This document shows, one piece after another, positions 34,360 through 45,021 of a DNA stretch of 62,837 nucleotides. The stretch is taken from positions 1 through 62,837 of the forward strand of contig JANXTB010000111.1 of assembly GCA_025356415.1 (NCBI GenBank), in the 5' to 3' direction. The position numbers and the translations under genes were made by a program. Source of the stretch: Hyphomicrobiales bacterium (GTDB lineage: Bacteria; Pseudomonadota; Alphaproteobacteria; Rhizobiales; Beijerinckiaceae). Under the pieces are notes generated by a model. It saw only the letters and a list, made by a program, of their open reading frames with translations. It searched no databases and was not told where the DNA came from. Numbering within the stretch: position 1 is the first letter of the stretch; each line of letters begins with the position of its first letter.

Positions 34360-34463
34360 TGCGCCATGGAAAAGCGGGCGCCTAAAAATTTAGCGCGCCA
34401 TTTTGAAAACTAACGCCAATCTTTTGAGCGTTACGCCTCTGCAATGTGCACAAAAATACGGCA
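34360..34463. promoter_or_regulatory. Putative NtrC enhancer sites
   Basis: 17-bp GC-N11-GC elements with A/T-rich cores at 34379-34395, 34414-34430 and 34447-34463 (TGCACAAAAATACGGCA), plus a weaker one at 34360-34376. Confidence 0.55.
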
Positions 34464-34468
34464 TGCAG

Positions 34469-35338
34469 TCAGGGCGCCTTATGTCTGATCAGGCCTTCCT
34501 GCATAACTGACGCAATCAGCGCCCCCGCGCGGCTGTAAAGGCTTCCGCGGCACAATCCTCGGGCGCCGTTCGCATTAGGGCTTTCCTGATCATAGAGCAT
34601 CCATTCGTCGGCCCGGAACGGACGATGAAACCAGAGTGCGTGATCGAGACTGGCGACCTGCATCGAACCATCAAAGACCGATCGGCCGTGTGCGACGAGC
34701 GCCGTATCCAGCAAAGTCATGTCCGACAGATAGGCAAGCACCGCTTGATGCAGTCCCGGATCATCGGGCAGACGTCCTGCGGCGCGCATCCAGAAGCGTT
34801 GGCGCGCAGGATGCGGCTTGCCATAATTTTCTGGCGCAAACCTGCTCATGTCGACCGGGCGCAATTCAATCGGCCGCTCGCGCTCGAAATACTTCCGTAC
34901 GCCCTCGGGAACGTGCGGGCCTAGCGCGCCTTTTATACTCTCGATATCGGGCAAGTCTTCAGGCGGCGGCACAAGCGGCATCTGCAGGCTGTGTTCGAGG
35001 CCGGGCTCTTCGATCTGAAACGATGCCGACAGGGCAAAAATTGTCCTGCCATGTTGAACAGCGATGCATCGTCTCGTCGAAAAGCTCGCGCCATCCCGAA
35101 CGCGCTCGACCTCGTAGAGAATGGGAACTGAGGGATCGCCCGGCAGAATGAAATAACAGTGAAGCGAGTGAGGTGAGCGTTTATCGACCGTTCTGCAGGC
35201 CGCCACCAAAGCCTGTGAGATTACCAGACCGCCGAAAACCCGTTGCCAGCCGACATCCGGGCTGACGCCCCTGAAGATATTCTTCTCGATACGTTCAAGA
35301 TCGAGAATGGTCAGCAGATCTTGGAATGAATTCGACAT
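34469..35338 (-). CDS. tesB: Acyl-CoA thioesterase II
   Basis: RVFGGLV, SLHCYF, RDGASFSTR, ASLDHALWFH, QEGLIR. Confidence 0.94.
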   Translation of the reverse strand: MSNSFQDLLTILDLERIEKNIFRGVSPDVGWQRVFGGLVISQALVAACRTVDKRSPHSLHCYFILPGDPSVPILYEVERVRDGASFSTRRCIAVQHGRTIFALSASFQIEEPGLEHSLQMPLVPPPEDLPDIESIKGALGPHVPEGVRKYFERERPIELRPVDMSRFAPENYGKPHPARQRFWMRAAGRLPDDPGLHQAVLAYLSDMTLLDTALVAHGRSVFDGSMQVASLDHALWFHRPFRADEWMLYDQESPNANGARGLCRGSLYSRAGALIASVMQEGLIRHKAP

Positions 35339-35465
35339 CGCATGGACCTTCGGCAAACCTGTTTCAGGTGATCGAACGCGCCCCTCCGCGTCAAGTGCGG
35401 CAGTCCGCAGCATGACCTGACGCCTGGAAGCTGATAAACCTAGGGCGACTGAAAGGTTAGCTGTT

Positions 35466-36674
35466 GTGCATGATATTCTGATCTCTGGCGGCGGCGTCGC
35501 CGGCCTTTCCCTTGCCCTCGCTCTGCGTCGCACATTCGGGCCGCAGCTGCGGGTCGCCGTTATCGATCCGGCGTTCGGTTCCCGAGAGGCGAATGTGCGC
35601 ACGTCCGCGCTGACGGCGGGCTCGCGCAATTTGCTGGGCGCCATCGGCGTCTGGGACCGCATATCCGAACGGGCTCAGCCCATCCTCGCCATGAAGATCA
35701 CCGATTCGCGTCGCAACGACGCGGTCCGGCCGCTGTTCCTCGCATTCGACGAGCCCCTCGAGGACGGCGCGCCCTTCGCGTGGATGATACAGAACCGTGA
35801 TCTCGTGGAGGCGCTGGAGACGGAGGTCACTTCGGCAGGAGTCGAGATCGTCCGTACCGCTGTATCGCGCGTGACCGATCAGGGGCGCGCGGTTGAAATT
35901 CGTTTGCGTGACGGACAGAGCCTCTCGGCAAAGCTCGTCGTCGGCGCTGACGGCGTCCAGTCCCGTGTCCGCCGCTCGTGCGGCATAGAGACAATCGGCC
36001 ACGACTATCGCCGCACGGCCATAGTGGCGACCTTGTCGCATGAGGAAAGCCACGGCGGCGTTGCGGTTCAGCATTTCCTGCCGCCGGGTCCTTTCGCGAT
36101 GTTGCCCCTGATCGGGCGCCGTTCCTCGATCGTCTGGACGGAATATGCCGACCAGGCGCGCACCTTTCTGTCTTTGCCCGAAGAAGATTTTCTGGCTGAA
36201 ATGGATCGTCGTTTTGGACCCTCGCTGGGACGTTTTTCCCTCGAAGGCAGGCCCGCCGCTTTCCCGCTTCGGGTTTACATGGCTCGGCGATTTACCTCGC
36301 GGCGAATCGCGTTGATCGGCGACGCCGCGCATCTTGTTCACCCTCTTGCAGGTCAAGGTCTCAACCTCGGCCTCCGAGACGTCGCGGCGTTGACCGGCGC
36401 GTTGGCGAAGCAATTACGCCTCGGGCTTGATCCGGGCGCCGAAGAGGCGCTCGCTTCCTACGAGCGCGCACGCTTTTTCGACACCGCCGCGATGATCGCA
36501 GGGACCGACGGTCTTCACTGGCTTTTTTCGAATGATTCTGCGCCGCTGCGCTTTATACGCGATCTCGGACTTGGCCTGGTCAATCGCATGCCGCGTCTCA
36601 AGCGTTCTCTGGTGCGGGAGGCGGCAGGGCTCGCCGGAGACACGCCCTCCATGCTGCGTGGTCTTCTGCCCTGA
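35466..36674 (+). CDS. UbiH/UbiF/UbiL-family FAD monooxygenase
   Basis: GGGVAG, GADG..S.VR, GDAAHLVHPLAGQGLNLGLRD. Confidence 0.92.
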   Translation: MHDILISGGGVAGLSLALALRRTFGPQLRVAVIDPAFGSREANVRTSALTAGSRNLLGAIGVWDRISERAQPILAMKITDSRRNDAVRPLFLAFDEPLEDGAPFAWMIQNRDLVEALETEVTSAGVEIVRTAVSRVTDQGRAVEIRLRDGQSLSAKLVVGADGVQSRVRRSCGIETIGHDYRRTAIVATLSHEESHGGVAVQHFLPPGPFAMLPLIGRRSSIVWTEYADQARTFLSLPEEDFLAEMDRRFGPSLGRFSLEGRPAAFPLRVYMARRFTSRRIALIGDAAHLVHPLAGQGLNLGLRDVAALTGALAKQLRLGLDPGAEEALASYERARFFDTAAMIAGTDGLHWLFSNDSAPLRFIRDLGLGLVNRMPRLKRSLVREAAGLAGDTPSMLRGLLP

Positions 36675-36677
36675 CGG

Positions 36678-36902
36678 CTAGTCCTCGATCACGCGCGCTT
36701 CGTCCGGCACCATGATCGGAATGCCGTCGCGAATCGGATAGGCGAGATGCATCGCGCGGGAAATCAATTCCTGACGCGCCCGGTCATATTCGAGCGTCGT
36801 CTTGCTGAGCGGGCAGACGAGAATTTCTAGCAAACGCGGATCGATGCTCGATGGCTCGGGTCCATCGGCCGATGTTGGGGTTGTGTCGCGCTTCTCGATC
36901 AT
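36678..36902 (-). CDS. Trm112/YcaR-family protein
   Basis: [11 protein letters not shown]...[11 protein letters not shown]. Confidence 0.9.
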   Translation of the reverse strand: MIEKRDTTPTSADGPEPSSIDPRLLEILVCPLSKTTLEYDRARQELISRAMHLAYPIRDGIPIMVPDEARVIED

Positions 36903-36909
36903 GTCGGGT

Positions 36910-37572
36910 CTATTGCAGGCTGGTGCTGGGGCCGCTGCCGCGCGCCAGCTCGATTTCCGTGATGGCGATCAGCACATCCGCGCGCGCTTTGAGCGTCGCC
37001 GCCTCAAGCAGGGCCTGTTTCTCTTCGGGGCCGAAGGGGCTCATCATCGCCAGCGCATTGACGAGCGCCTCATTGGGCGTCTGCTCAATGCTTTTCCAGT
37101 CGATCTTCAAGCGGTTCGCCTCGGCGAAATTGCGCAAGGTGCGCAAGACACCGGCGCGATCCATGTCCTCGGCTTCGTCTTCAGTGGCGATGTCCTGCGC
37201 GAACTCATCGTAGCTTGCGATGCATTGGCGGTAAGGCGTCAGAACTGACAATTCCTGGGCAACCCGGAAACGTGAGACGCCCGTCAAGGTCACCATGAAA
37301 CGTCCGTCGCCGGTTTCGGCGAACTGCGTAATCTTGCCGAGGCAACCAACCTCATGCAGCTCTGGATGCGCATCGGCGCCTTCGCGCCTTGGCTGAACCA
37401 TTCCGATCATGCGGTCTGCACGTATGGCGTCTTCGATCATCGCGATGTAGCGCGGCTCGAAGATGTTGAGCGGTAGTTCCCCTCGTGGCAGCAGGAGCGC
37501 CGAGACGAGCGGAAAAATCGGAATGACGGTCGGCAGCGCATCATTGCGATCTGGCGGATTGTTGATGCCCAT
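36910..37572 (-). CDS. Lon N-terminal substrate-binding-domain protein
   Basis: [37 protein letters not shown] before ATG 37572. Confidence 0.9.
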   Translation of the reverse strand: MGINNPPDRNDALPTVIPIFPLVSALLLPRGELPLNIFEPRYIAMIEDAIRADRMIGMVQPRREGADAHPELHEVGCLGKITQFAETGDGRFMVTLTGVSRFRVAQELSVLTPYRQCIASYDEFAQDIATEDEAEDMDRAGVLRTLRNFAEANRLKIDWKSIEQTPNEALVNALAMMSPFGPEEKQALLEAATLKARADVLIAITEIELARGSGPSTSLQ

Positions 37573-37588
37573 TTTCCCCCTCCTCAGA

Positions 37589-38494
37589 TCAGGAGAACAG
37601 CAGCGCCGAAAGTTTCCGGCGCGCGTCGATCGTGTCCTGATCAAGCGGGCCCCAGGCTTCGAAAAACTGCAGCAATTGCTGGCGCGCCTTGTCGTCTTCC
37701 CAAGTGCGCTGCTTTTTAATGATGTACAGAAGGGCGTCCGCTGCTGCGGGACGCTCGCCGCGCCCGTTGAGCGCCACGGCGAGATCGAATCGCGCCTGGT
37801 GATCTTCAGGATTGGCCTCGAGGCGCTTCTCGAACTCCCCGAGGTCGCCGAGGTTGGCGGCCTGAAGCGCGAGGTCCACCGCGACACGCGCAGCCGCCAC
37901 TTTCGCGTCGGACGCGGCTTCAGCAGGCAGCGTTTCCAGCACCGACAAGGCGTCGCTCGCGCGGTCGAGCGAAACCAGTGCGCGCGCAAGGCCGCTAGCC
38001 GCCGTCACATTGGCAGGCTCGGTGTGCAGAACTTCAGAGAAGATTTCACCGGCGTCCTGCGGGCGCCCTTCTTCGAGCGCCGCCTCGGCTTCGGCGAGAA
38101 GCGCGTCAGTTTCGTTTTCGACGGGGCCTACAAGCCGCTCGATAAAGCCTTTGATCTCGCTCTCCGGAAGCGCGCCGGAAAAGCCGTCAACCGGGCGACC
38201 ATTTTGAAAGGCAACGATGGCGGGGATCGACTTGATGCCGAGCTGACCTGCAATCTGCGGGTGCTCGTCGATGTTCATCTTGACGAGTTTCACCTTGCCC
38301 GCTGCGGACGTCACCGCTTTTTCCAGAACGGGCGTCATCTGTTTGCAGGGGCCGCACCACGGCGCCCAGAAATCAACGAGGACGGGCTGGCGCGTCGATT
38401 CCGCCAGAACGTCATCGCGAAAAGTCGCGGTGGTCGTGTCCTTGATCAGGCCGCCAGCATTTGGCTGGACTGCTTCGCTGGTCTGGGAGAACAT
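37589..38494 (-). CDS. cnoX: Thioredoxin-TPR chaperedoxin (YbbN/CnoX)
   Basis: WAPWCGPCK thioredoxin domain plus helical repeats ending RRKLSALLFS. Confidence 0.88.
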   Translation of the reverse strand: MFSQTSEAVQPNAGGLIKDTTTATFRDDVLAESTRQPVLVDFWAPWCGPCKQMTPVLEKAVTSAAGKVKLVKMNIDEHPQIAGQLGIKSIPAIVAFQNGRPVDGFSGALPESEIKGFIERLVGPVENETDALLAEAEAALEEGRPQDAGEIFSEVLHTEPANVTAASGLARALVSLDRASDALSVLETLPAEAASDAKVAAARVAVDLALQAANLGDLGEFEKRLEANPEDHQARFDLAVALNGRGERPAAADALLYIIKKQRTWEDDKARQQLLQFFEAWGPLDQDTIDARRKLSALLFS

Positions 38495-38540
38495 CTTGGT
38501 CGTCTTCCTTCCGCGCTACGCTCGCGATTATCCTCCATTC

Positions 38541-38569
38541 AAATGGGGCAAGAGGGGAAGATCTGCAAC
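38541..38569 (-). promoter_or_regulatory. Putative RpoH (sigma32) promoter of cnoX operon
   Basis: Minus strand reads GTTGCA-N15-CCCCATTT. Confidence 0.5.
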
Positions 38570-38681
38570 TCGCCCGGTGCAGATTGACGGTTTGCGAGCC
38601 TTTTTGATTTTAGGCCGAAGATGCGGTTGCAATCGCAATTGGAATGCGGCATATACCCGCCACCGGCAGCGCCGGACGGAC

Positions 38682-38756
38682 GCGGGTGTAGCTCAGGGGT
38701 AGAGCACAACCTTGCCAAGGTTGGGGTCGAGGGTTCGAATCCCTACGCCCGCACCA
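38682..38756 (+). tRNA. tRNA-Gly (GCC), with atypical A65 and A73
   Basis: Cloverleaf: GCGGGTG/CGCCCGC acceptor, GCTC/GAGC D stem, CAACC-TTGCCAA-GGTTG anticodon arm, GGTTCGAATCC T arm, encoded CCA. Confidence 0.93.
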
Positions 38757-38931
38757 AAATTTAAAGCGCATGATCCCCAGCGCTTTGGTCCTGAAATTTC
38801 AGGAATACAAGTCACGCGATGTGGCGGGCGCGGTTTCCGCGTTCGGCCTCGCGGCTTATCTCAAAAAACTTTGTACTGATGCGTGCGGCAAGAGCTTGCA
38901 GGGCGCCTTCGCGCGGCCCTAACATCATTTC

Positions 38932-39438
38932 ATGGTCGATACGGTCATCACTATCCGCAATGCCAGGCCGGCTGATGCCGAGAGCATCGCCGATGTTCAT
39001 GACGCCGCTTGGCGGGACGCCTATCGTGGGATCATCCCCGGTCGTGAACTTGAGCGCATGATTGCGCGGCGGGGTCCCAAGTGGTGGGAGTCGGCGATTC
39101 AGCGCGGATCGAGAATCGTCGTGCTCGAGTTTGATGACGCCGTGGAGGGTTATGCGAGCTACGGACCAAATCGTGTCCCCTCGTTGCCCTATCAGGGCGA
39201 AATCTATGAAATTTATCTTGCTCCGGAATTTCAGGGCCTCGGGTTCGGTCGCGGTTTGTTCAAGGCGGCGCGCGCGGATCTGGCTGAGCATGGCTATAAT
39301 TCGGCGGTCGTCTGGGCGCTGGCCGAAAATGATCGAGCGTTGAGTTTCTACCAGAAGCTCGGCGGGCGCATCGTGCGGGAAGCTCAGGAGAAATTTGCTG
39401 GCGAGTACCGGAAACGAATAGCGCTCGGCTTTAGTTAA
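38932..39438 (+). CDS. GNAT-family acetyltransferase
   Basis: EIYEIYLAPEFQGLGFGRGL acetyl-CoA motif; N.RA..FY.KLGG. Confidence 0.9.
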   Translation: MVDTVITIRNARPADAESIADVHDAAWRDAYRGIIPGRELERMIARRGPKWWESAIQRGSRIVVLEFDDAVEGYASYGPNRVPSLPYQGEIYEIYLAPEFQGLGFGRGLFKAARADLAEHGYNSAVVWALAENDRALSFYQKLGGRIVREAQEKFAGEYRKRIALGFS

Positions 39439-39519
39439 GCTAGCATGAAAGTCTGGGTTGCCCCGGGCCGGGTCTGCGCCTAAGCAGTGCCCGAAAACCT
39501 CAACTCGGAGCAGCAGTCC

Positions 39520-40056
39520 ATGCGTCTCGAAGCAGTCTCGATCGGCCAGAATTTCCCGCATGAGGTCAACGTCGTCATCGAAGTGCCGATTGGCGGCGAG
39601 CCGATCAAATATGAGATGGACAAGGAAGCTGGCGCCCTCGTGGTGGATCGCTTCCTCTACACGGCCATGCGCTACCCGGGAAACTACGGCTTCATCCCCC
39701 ACACGCTGTCCGATGATGGTGACCCGTGCGACGTCATTGTCGCCAACACCCGCGCCATTATTCCCGGCGCTATCATGAGCTGCCGGATTGTGGGCGTCCT
39801 TCTGATGGAGGACGAAGCTGGCGGCGATGAAAAGCTGATCGCCGTTCCTTCAGCGAAACTGACACGGCGCTATGAAAGCGTGCAGAACTACACCGACCTG
39901 CCGAAGATCACGCTCGAACAGATCGAGCATTTCTTTACCCACTACAAGGACCTGGAAAACGGCAAGTGGGTGAAGGTGCAGCGCTGGGGCGACGCCAACG
40001 AAGCCCGGGACTTGATCGTGAAGGGTTACGAGCGCGCGAAGGCCGCCAAGGCCTGA
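39520..40056 (+). CDS. ppa: Inorganic pyrophosphatase
   Basis: [31 protein letters not shown]. Confidence 0.96.
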   Translation: MRLEAVSIGQNFPHEVNVVIEVPIGGEPIKYEMDKEAGALVVDRFLYTAMRYPGNYGFIPHTLSDDGDPCDVIVANTRAIIPGAIMSCRIVGVLLMEDEAGGDEKLIAVPSAKLTRRYESVQNYTDLPKITLEQIEHFFTHYKDLENGKWVKVQRWGDANEARDLIVKGYERAKAAKA

Positions 40057-40695
40057 TCAGCTCTGGCGTTCGAGCAGGAACACGGCCTGCTCGCCGAACA
40101 TGTTCCAAACCCACCACGGGGCGCTCACGCGCATGGGCGCCCCTGAACTGTCCAGCGCCACCGCGCGATCTATCTTTGCATCGACTTCATCGACGAGTGC
40201 GACGAAATCCCTGATCGTGCAGAAGTGGATGTTGGGCGTCTCATACCAGGCGAGCGGCAGATTTTCCGTCACCGGCATGCGGCCGCGGAAAATCAATTGT
40301 CCCCTGATGCGCCAGTGCCCGAAGTTCGGGAATGACACGATCGCGCGGCGCCCGATCCTCAGCATCTGTTCCAGCACGCGCTTGGGATTGCGAGTCGCCT
40401 GAAGCGTCTGGGACAGAATGACATAATCGAAACTGTCGTCTGGATAGTCGATCAGATCGGTGTCGGCGTCGCCCTGGATGACGGACAGACCTTTTGCCAC
40501 GCAATCATTGACGCCACGCTGGGAGAGCTCGATCCCGCGAGCATCGACTCCACGGTCTTCAGCAAGCAGCCGGAGCAGAGTCCCGTCGCCACAACCGATG
40601 TCCAAAACGCGCGTGTTCGAGGCGACCATGTCGGCGACGACGAGAAGGTCGACGCGCGCGGTGTCCGAGCCGACCGGGAATTGACGCTCGCTCAT
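40057..40695 (-). CDS. metW: Methionine biosynthesis protein MetW
   Basis: [34 protein letters not shown]. Confidence 0.95.
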   Translation of the reverse strand: MSERQFPVGSDTARVDLLVVADMVASNTRVLDIGCGDGTLLRLLAEDRGVDARGIELSQRGVNDCVAKGLSVIQGDADTDLIDYPDDSFDYVILSQTLQATRNPKRVLEQMLRIGRRAIVSFPNFGHWRIRGQLIFRGRMPVTENLPLAWYETPNIHFCTIRDFVALVDEVDAKIDRAVALDSSGAPMRVSAPWWVWNMFGEQAVFLLERQS

Positions 40696-41888
40696 ACGGC
40701 CGCCCTTGCTTCTTTGAGGCCGCGTGCGCGCGCCGCGCTTTCGATGAAGCCGGACGTGGTCGCGAACAATTCAGGCAGGTCCAGCAAGAAGGCGTCGTGC
40801 CCCTTGTCGGTCTCGATCTCGACAAATGAGACCGACGCTCCGCCAGCGTTGAGCGCATGCACGATGGCGCGCGACGCAGACGTCGGGAACAGCCAGTCGG
40901 ACGTGAAGGAAACGACGCAGAATCGTGTCTTCGTGTGCTGGAACGCCCGCGCCAGAATGCCGTCGTAATCGCCGGCCAGATCGAAATAGTCCATCGCCCG
41001 CGTCAGGTAGAGATAGGAGTTCGCATCAAAACGCTCGACGAATGTGGAGCCCTGATAGCGAAGATAACTCTCGATCTGGAAGTCAGCGTCGAAGGTGAAG
41101 GTCGGCGCCGTCTTGTTCTGAAACTTGCGGCCAAATTTCCGGTGCAGGGCTTCGTCGGACAGGTAGGTGATATGCGCTGCCATGCGCGCAACAGCCAGCC
41201 CCTTGGTGGGGTGGCGGCCCAGTTCGAAATAGCGTCCGCCCGACCATTCAGGATCGGCCATGACAGCTTGCCGTCCGACTTCGTGGAACGCGATGTTCTG
41301 TGACGAGTGGCGTGGCGCCGTGGCGATCGGGATCGCCGAGAAGACGCGCTCCGGGTAGCTCGCGGCCCATTGCAGCACCTGCATGCCGCCCATTGAGCCG
41401 CCAATCACGCAAAATATCTGATCGATGCCGAAGTGGTCGATGAGCACCTTTTGCCCGCGCACCATGTCGCGGATCGTTACCATCGGCATGTCCAGCCCAT
41501 AGGGCTTGCCGGTCGCCGGATTGGTGGAGGCAGGGCCTGTCGTGCCGAGGCAGCCGCCGAGGACGTTGGAGCAGATGACGAAGAAGCGGTCCGTGTCGAC
41601 CGGTTTGCCGGGGCCGACCATCGTCTCCCACCAGCCCGGCTTGCCGGTGAGCGGATGCACATTGGCGACGTGCTGGTCGCCGGTGAGGGCGTGGCAAACG
41701 AGGATCGCGTTGCTCTTGTCTGCGTTCAGGGTCCCGTAGGTCTGATAGGCGATCGTCAGCGGCGCGAGGGCTACGCCGGAATCCATGACCAGCGGTTGGT
41801 CCGCAGGCAAGCGCAGCACGGGACTATGCGGGGCGTCGGCTTCCTGCCACGCGGCGTGACCTGCCCTGAGAGGTTCGATCTCCGACAC
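40692..41888 (-). CDS. metX: Homoserine O-acetyltransferase
   Basis: CHALTGD, GGSMGGM, RFDANSY, GHDAFL. Confidence 0.95.
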   Translation of the reverse strand: MSEIEPLRAGHAAWQEADAPHSPVLRLPADQPLVMDSGVALAPLTIAYQTYGTLNADKSNAILVCHALTGDQHVANVHPLTGKPGWWETMVGPGKPVDTDRFFVICSNVLGGCLGTTGPASTNPATGKPYGLDMPMVTIRDMVRGQKVLIDHFGIDQIFCVIGGSMGGMQVLQWAASYPERVFSAIPIATAPRHSSQNIAFHEVGRQAVMADPEWSGGRYFELGRHPTKGLAVARMAAHITYLSDEALHRKFGRKFQNKTAPTFTFDADFQIESYLRYQGSTFVERFDANSYLYLTRAMDYFDLAGDYDGILARAFQHTKTRFCVVSFTSDWLFPTSASRAIVHALNAGGASVSFVEIETDKGHDAFLLDLPELFATTSGFIESAARARGLKEARAAV

Positions 41889-42059
41889 AGCCCGGCTCCA
41901 TACGTTGCGTCCGGTTTTCAGAACGACGCGTTCGGTGTCTAGGAGCGGCTCAGGGTCAAGTCAAGTTAGGCCGCTTGCGGTTTCCTTTGCATTGGGGCCG
42001 CCTCGACATTATGACATGCGCTCGCAACAAGCTCAGAGCGAGACTCCCTCGTGGCCGCC

Positions 42060-42902
42060 ATGTCTGACGCCGATCGGGATCCCCAAGCCATCCTCGGCGA
42101 ACTTCGCATCGAAATAGACCGGATCGACACCGAGGTGCACCGGCTGCTGATGTCGCGCGGCGAAATCATCGATCGCCTGATTGCGGTCAAGGCCAGGCAG
42201 GGCGGCGGATCGGCCTTCCGCCCCGGCCGTGAGGCCGAAATGATGCGCCGGCTCGCCGAGCGCCACACAGGCCTGCTGCCGCTCGATACGGTCGAGAGTA
42301 TCTGGCGCATCATCATCGCGACCTTCACGTATGTTCAGTCGAACTATAGCGTGCATGCCGATATTTCCGGCGGCGACGCCGCTATGCGCGACGCTGAGCG
42401 GTTTCACTTCGGCTTCACCGTGCCCTACATCCCGCACCATGGGGCTGCCGGCGTCATTGATGCGGTGGCCCGCTCGTCTGGCGATCTGGGCATGTTCCGG
42501 GTCGATGGCGGGGTCACATCCGGCCCATGGTGGACGCGACTGATCGCGCCGGATGCGCCGAAGATCATCGCCCGCCTGCCCTTCGTGGAACGGCCCGATC
42601 ATCCTGCCGGAATGCCGGTGTTCGTGATCGCCCAGCCTCTCGCCGACGCAGCTGCGCGCGAGATCGTGCTCTACTGCATCCAGCTCGAGCGATGGCGTGA
42701 CGGGCTCCCAGCGGCTCTGGCGGGAATCGGTGGCGAGATCATCGGCAATGCAGCCGACCAGGCTGGCTTGTCCGTTCTGGCTGCGATCCCTGCGTCGGCT
42801 GACACTGACGCGATTCGCGCGGCTCTCGCGCTGGCAGGCGCGATGGGCGCGCCAATTCACGAAGTCGGCAGCCACGCGGTCCGTTTCACCTATAAAAGAT
42901 AA
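42060..42902 (+). CDS. Chorismate mutase (AroQ domain plus C-terminal extension)
   Basis: LR.EIDRID...LL..R...K...FRPGRE; position upstream of hisC-tyrA. Confidence 0.85.
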   Translation: MSDADRDPQAILGELRIEIDRIDTEVHRLLMSRGEIIDRLIAVKARQGGGSAFRPGREAEMMRRLAERHTGLLPLDTVESIWRIIIATFTYVQSNYSVHADISGGDAAMRDAERFHFGFTVPYIPHHGAAGVIDAVARSSGDLGMFRVDGGVTSGPWWTRLIAPDAPKIIARLPFVERPDHPAGMPVFVIAQPLADAAAREIVLYCIQLERWRDGLPAALAGIGGEIIGNAADQAGLSVLAAIPASADTDAIRAALALAGAMGAPIHEVGSHAVRFTYKR

Positions 42903-42950
42903 TGCTCGAGCCCGGCGTTTCTCGCAGCCGCTCACGACCCAGGAAGCATC

Positions 42951-44072
42951 ATGACGTCCTCTTCCACTCCTGACCGTCCGGTTCCGCGTCCCGGGGTCTT
43001 GGCTATCGACCCCTATGTGCCAGGCAAGAGCGGCGCGCCCGGCGTCGCCAAGATTTATAAGCTGTCGTCCAACGAGACGCCCCTCGGCCCTTCGCCGCGC
43101 GCCATCGCGGCCTTGCAGAAGGCCGGGGGCAAGCTCGAGCTTTATCCTGATGGGTCCGTCACGCGTTTGCGCGCGGCCCTTGGCGCAACGTTCGGTCTGA
43201 ACGCGAACAACATTGTCTGCGGCAACGGATCAGATGATCTGCTGCATCTCCTCGCCATGGCCTATGTCGGGCCGGGCGATGAAGGCATTCTGACCGAGCA
43301 TGGTTTCGCGGTTTACAAGATCGCGATCCTCGCGGCCGGCGGCACGCCGGTCATCGCGAAGGAGAAAAACCTGACGGCGGATGTCGATGCGATTCTCGCC
43401 TGCGTGACCGAGCGCACGCGCATCGTCTACATCGCCAATCCGAACAATCCGACGGGCACTTATGTGCCGATCAACGAAGTGAAGCGCCTGCACGCGGCCC
43501 TGCCGAAAAATGTGCTGCTCGTGCTCGACGGCGCATATTCCGAATATGTTCGCGTGAATGATTATTCGGATGGGACCGAGATGGTCACGACAAACAACAA
43601 TGTCGTGATGACGCGGACCTTCTCGAAGATTTTCGGGCTTGCAAGTCTGCGGCTTGGTTGGTGCTATGCGCCCGCCGAAGTTTGCGATGCGCTGAACCGC
43701 ATTCGTGGACCGTTCAACGTGAATGGAGGCGCGCTTGAAGCCGGCATCGCGTCGCTGGAAGATGTCGCGCATCTCGAAAAGGCCGTGGCGCACAACGACA
43801 AGTGGCTGGCTTGGCTGACGCATGAGATTGGCGCGCTGGGTTTGCAGGTGACGCCGAGCGTGGCGAATTTCGTGCTCATTCATTTCCCGCCGGAGTCGGG
43901 CCTCAGCGCGTCCGCGGCGGATGAATTCCTGACGCAGCGCGGGCTGATTCTTCGTGGCGTCGGCTCGTATGGCCTGCCCCATGCCTTGCGCCTGACCGTC
44001 GGAACGGAAGAAGCCAATCGACTCGTCGTCGATGGCTTGCGCGATTACCTGAAGGCGGCCCGCAATGGCTGA
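42951..44072 (+). CDS. hisC: Histidinol-phosphate aminotransferase
   Basis: KLSSNE, GNGSDD, NPNNPTG, RTFSK.FGLA.LRLG. Confidence 0.94.
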   Translation: MTSSSTPDRPVPRPGVLAIDPYVPGKSGAPGVAKIYKLSSNETPLGPSPRAIAALQKAGGKLELYPDGSVTRLRAALGATFGLNANNIVCGNGSDDLLHLLAMAYVGPGDEGILTEHGFAVYKIAILAAGGTPVIAKEKNLTADVDAILACVTERTRIVYIANPNNPTGTYVPINEVKRLHAALPKNVLLVLDGAYSEYVRVNDYSDGTEMVTTNNNVVMTRTFSKIFGLASLRLGWCYAPAEVCDALNRIRGPFNVNGGALEAGIASLEDVAHLEKAVAHNDKWLAWLTHEIGALGLQVTPSVANFVLIHFPPESGLSASAADEFLTQRGLILRGVGSYGLPHALRLTVGTEEANRLVVDGLRDYLKAARNG

Positions 44073-45021
44073 TCGTTTCGGATCGCCCCTGCCCCAACCG
44101 CTGTTCGACCGGCTGACGATCGTCGGCGTTGGGTTGATCGGCTCGTCGCTGCTTCGGGCTGCGCGCCAGCGTAATCTTGCGGCGCGGCTCGTGGCGGTCG
44201 ATGCGTCCGAGGCGGTGTGCGCGCGCGTGCGCGAGATCGGGATTGCGGACGAAGTGACGTCCGATGCGTGCGAAGGCGTGCGCGGCGCTGACTTGGTCAT
44301 TCTCTGCACGCCTGTTGCGGCCATCGAAATTGTTGCGCGCGATGTTGCGCAGCATCTCGCGCCCGGATCGATCCTGTCTGACGTAGGCTCCGTGAAGGGC
44401 GCGGTGGTCGCCGGCGTCCAGCCGCACCTGCCTGCCACCGTGCACTTCATCCCCGCGCATCCTGTGGCCGGCACTGAATATTCCGGTCCAGACTCAGGCT
44501 TTTCGACGCTCTTTGTCGATCGCTGGTGTATCTTGACCCCGCCTGAGGGAACCGACGCCAAGGCTGTCGAGAAATTGCAGACTTTCTGGAGCGAGGTGGG
44601 CTCGAACGTCGAGATCATGACGCCTGCGCATCACGATCTCGTGCTCGCCATCACCAGCCACGTGCCGCATCTGATCGCTTACAACATTGTGGGGACGGCT
44701 GCCGATCTTGAGGAAGTCACCCAATCGGAAGTGATCAAGTTCTCCGCGGGCGGCTTCCGCGATTTCACCCGGATCGCCGCATCGGATCCAACGATGTGGC
44801 GTGATATTTTCCTTAACAATCGCGACGCCGTGCTCGAAATGCTCGGGCGGTTCAACGAGGATCTTGCCGCGCTACAGCGAATGATCCGCTGGGGCGACGG
44901 GCAGGGGTTGTTTGATCTGTTCACCCGCACTCGCGCCATCCGTCGCAGCATTATCGCGCAGGGGCAGGAAACGCCGGCGCCCGATTTTGGTCGCCGGAGC
45001 ACACCGTCTTCCGATCAATAG
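44065..45021 (+). CDS. tyrA: Prephenate/arogenate (cyclohexadienyl) dehydrogenase
   Basis: [42 protein letters not shown]. Confidence 0.93.
   Translation: MADRFGSPLPQPLFDRLTIVGVGLIGSSLLRAARQRNLAARLVAVDASEAVCARVREIGIADEVTSDACEGVRGADLVILCTPVAAIEIVARDVAQHLAPGSILSDVGSVKGAVVAGVQPHLPATVHFIPAHPVAGTEYSGPDSGFSTLFVDRWCILTPPEGTDAKAVEKLQTFWSEVGSNVEIMTPAHHDLVLAITSHVPHLIAYNIVGTAADLEEVTQSEVIKFSAGGFRDFTRIAASDPTMWRDIFLNNRDAVLEMLGRFNEDLAALQRMIRWGDGQGLFDLFTRTRAIRRSIIAQGQETPAPDFGRRSTPSSDQ

Noticed and set aside
38757-39438. Genomic island downstream of tRNA-Gly
   Set aside because: No integrase or duplicated tRNA 3' end was seen, and the following genes are housekeeping-type.
41889-42050. SAM-II or other riboswitch upstream of metX
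   Set aside because: No recognisable conserved core by eye, only a possible TTGACT-N17-TAGACA promoter on the minus strand. An Rfam scan would be decisive.
43230-44618. 462-aa ORF antisense to hisC/tyrA (likewise 30068-31186, 23089-24087, 48027-49088)
   Set aside because: Antisense shadows of well-supported genes, with biased composition and no motifs.
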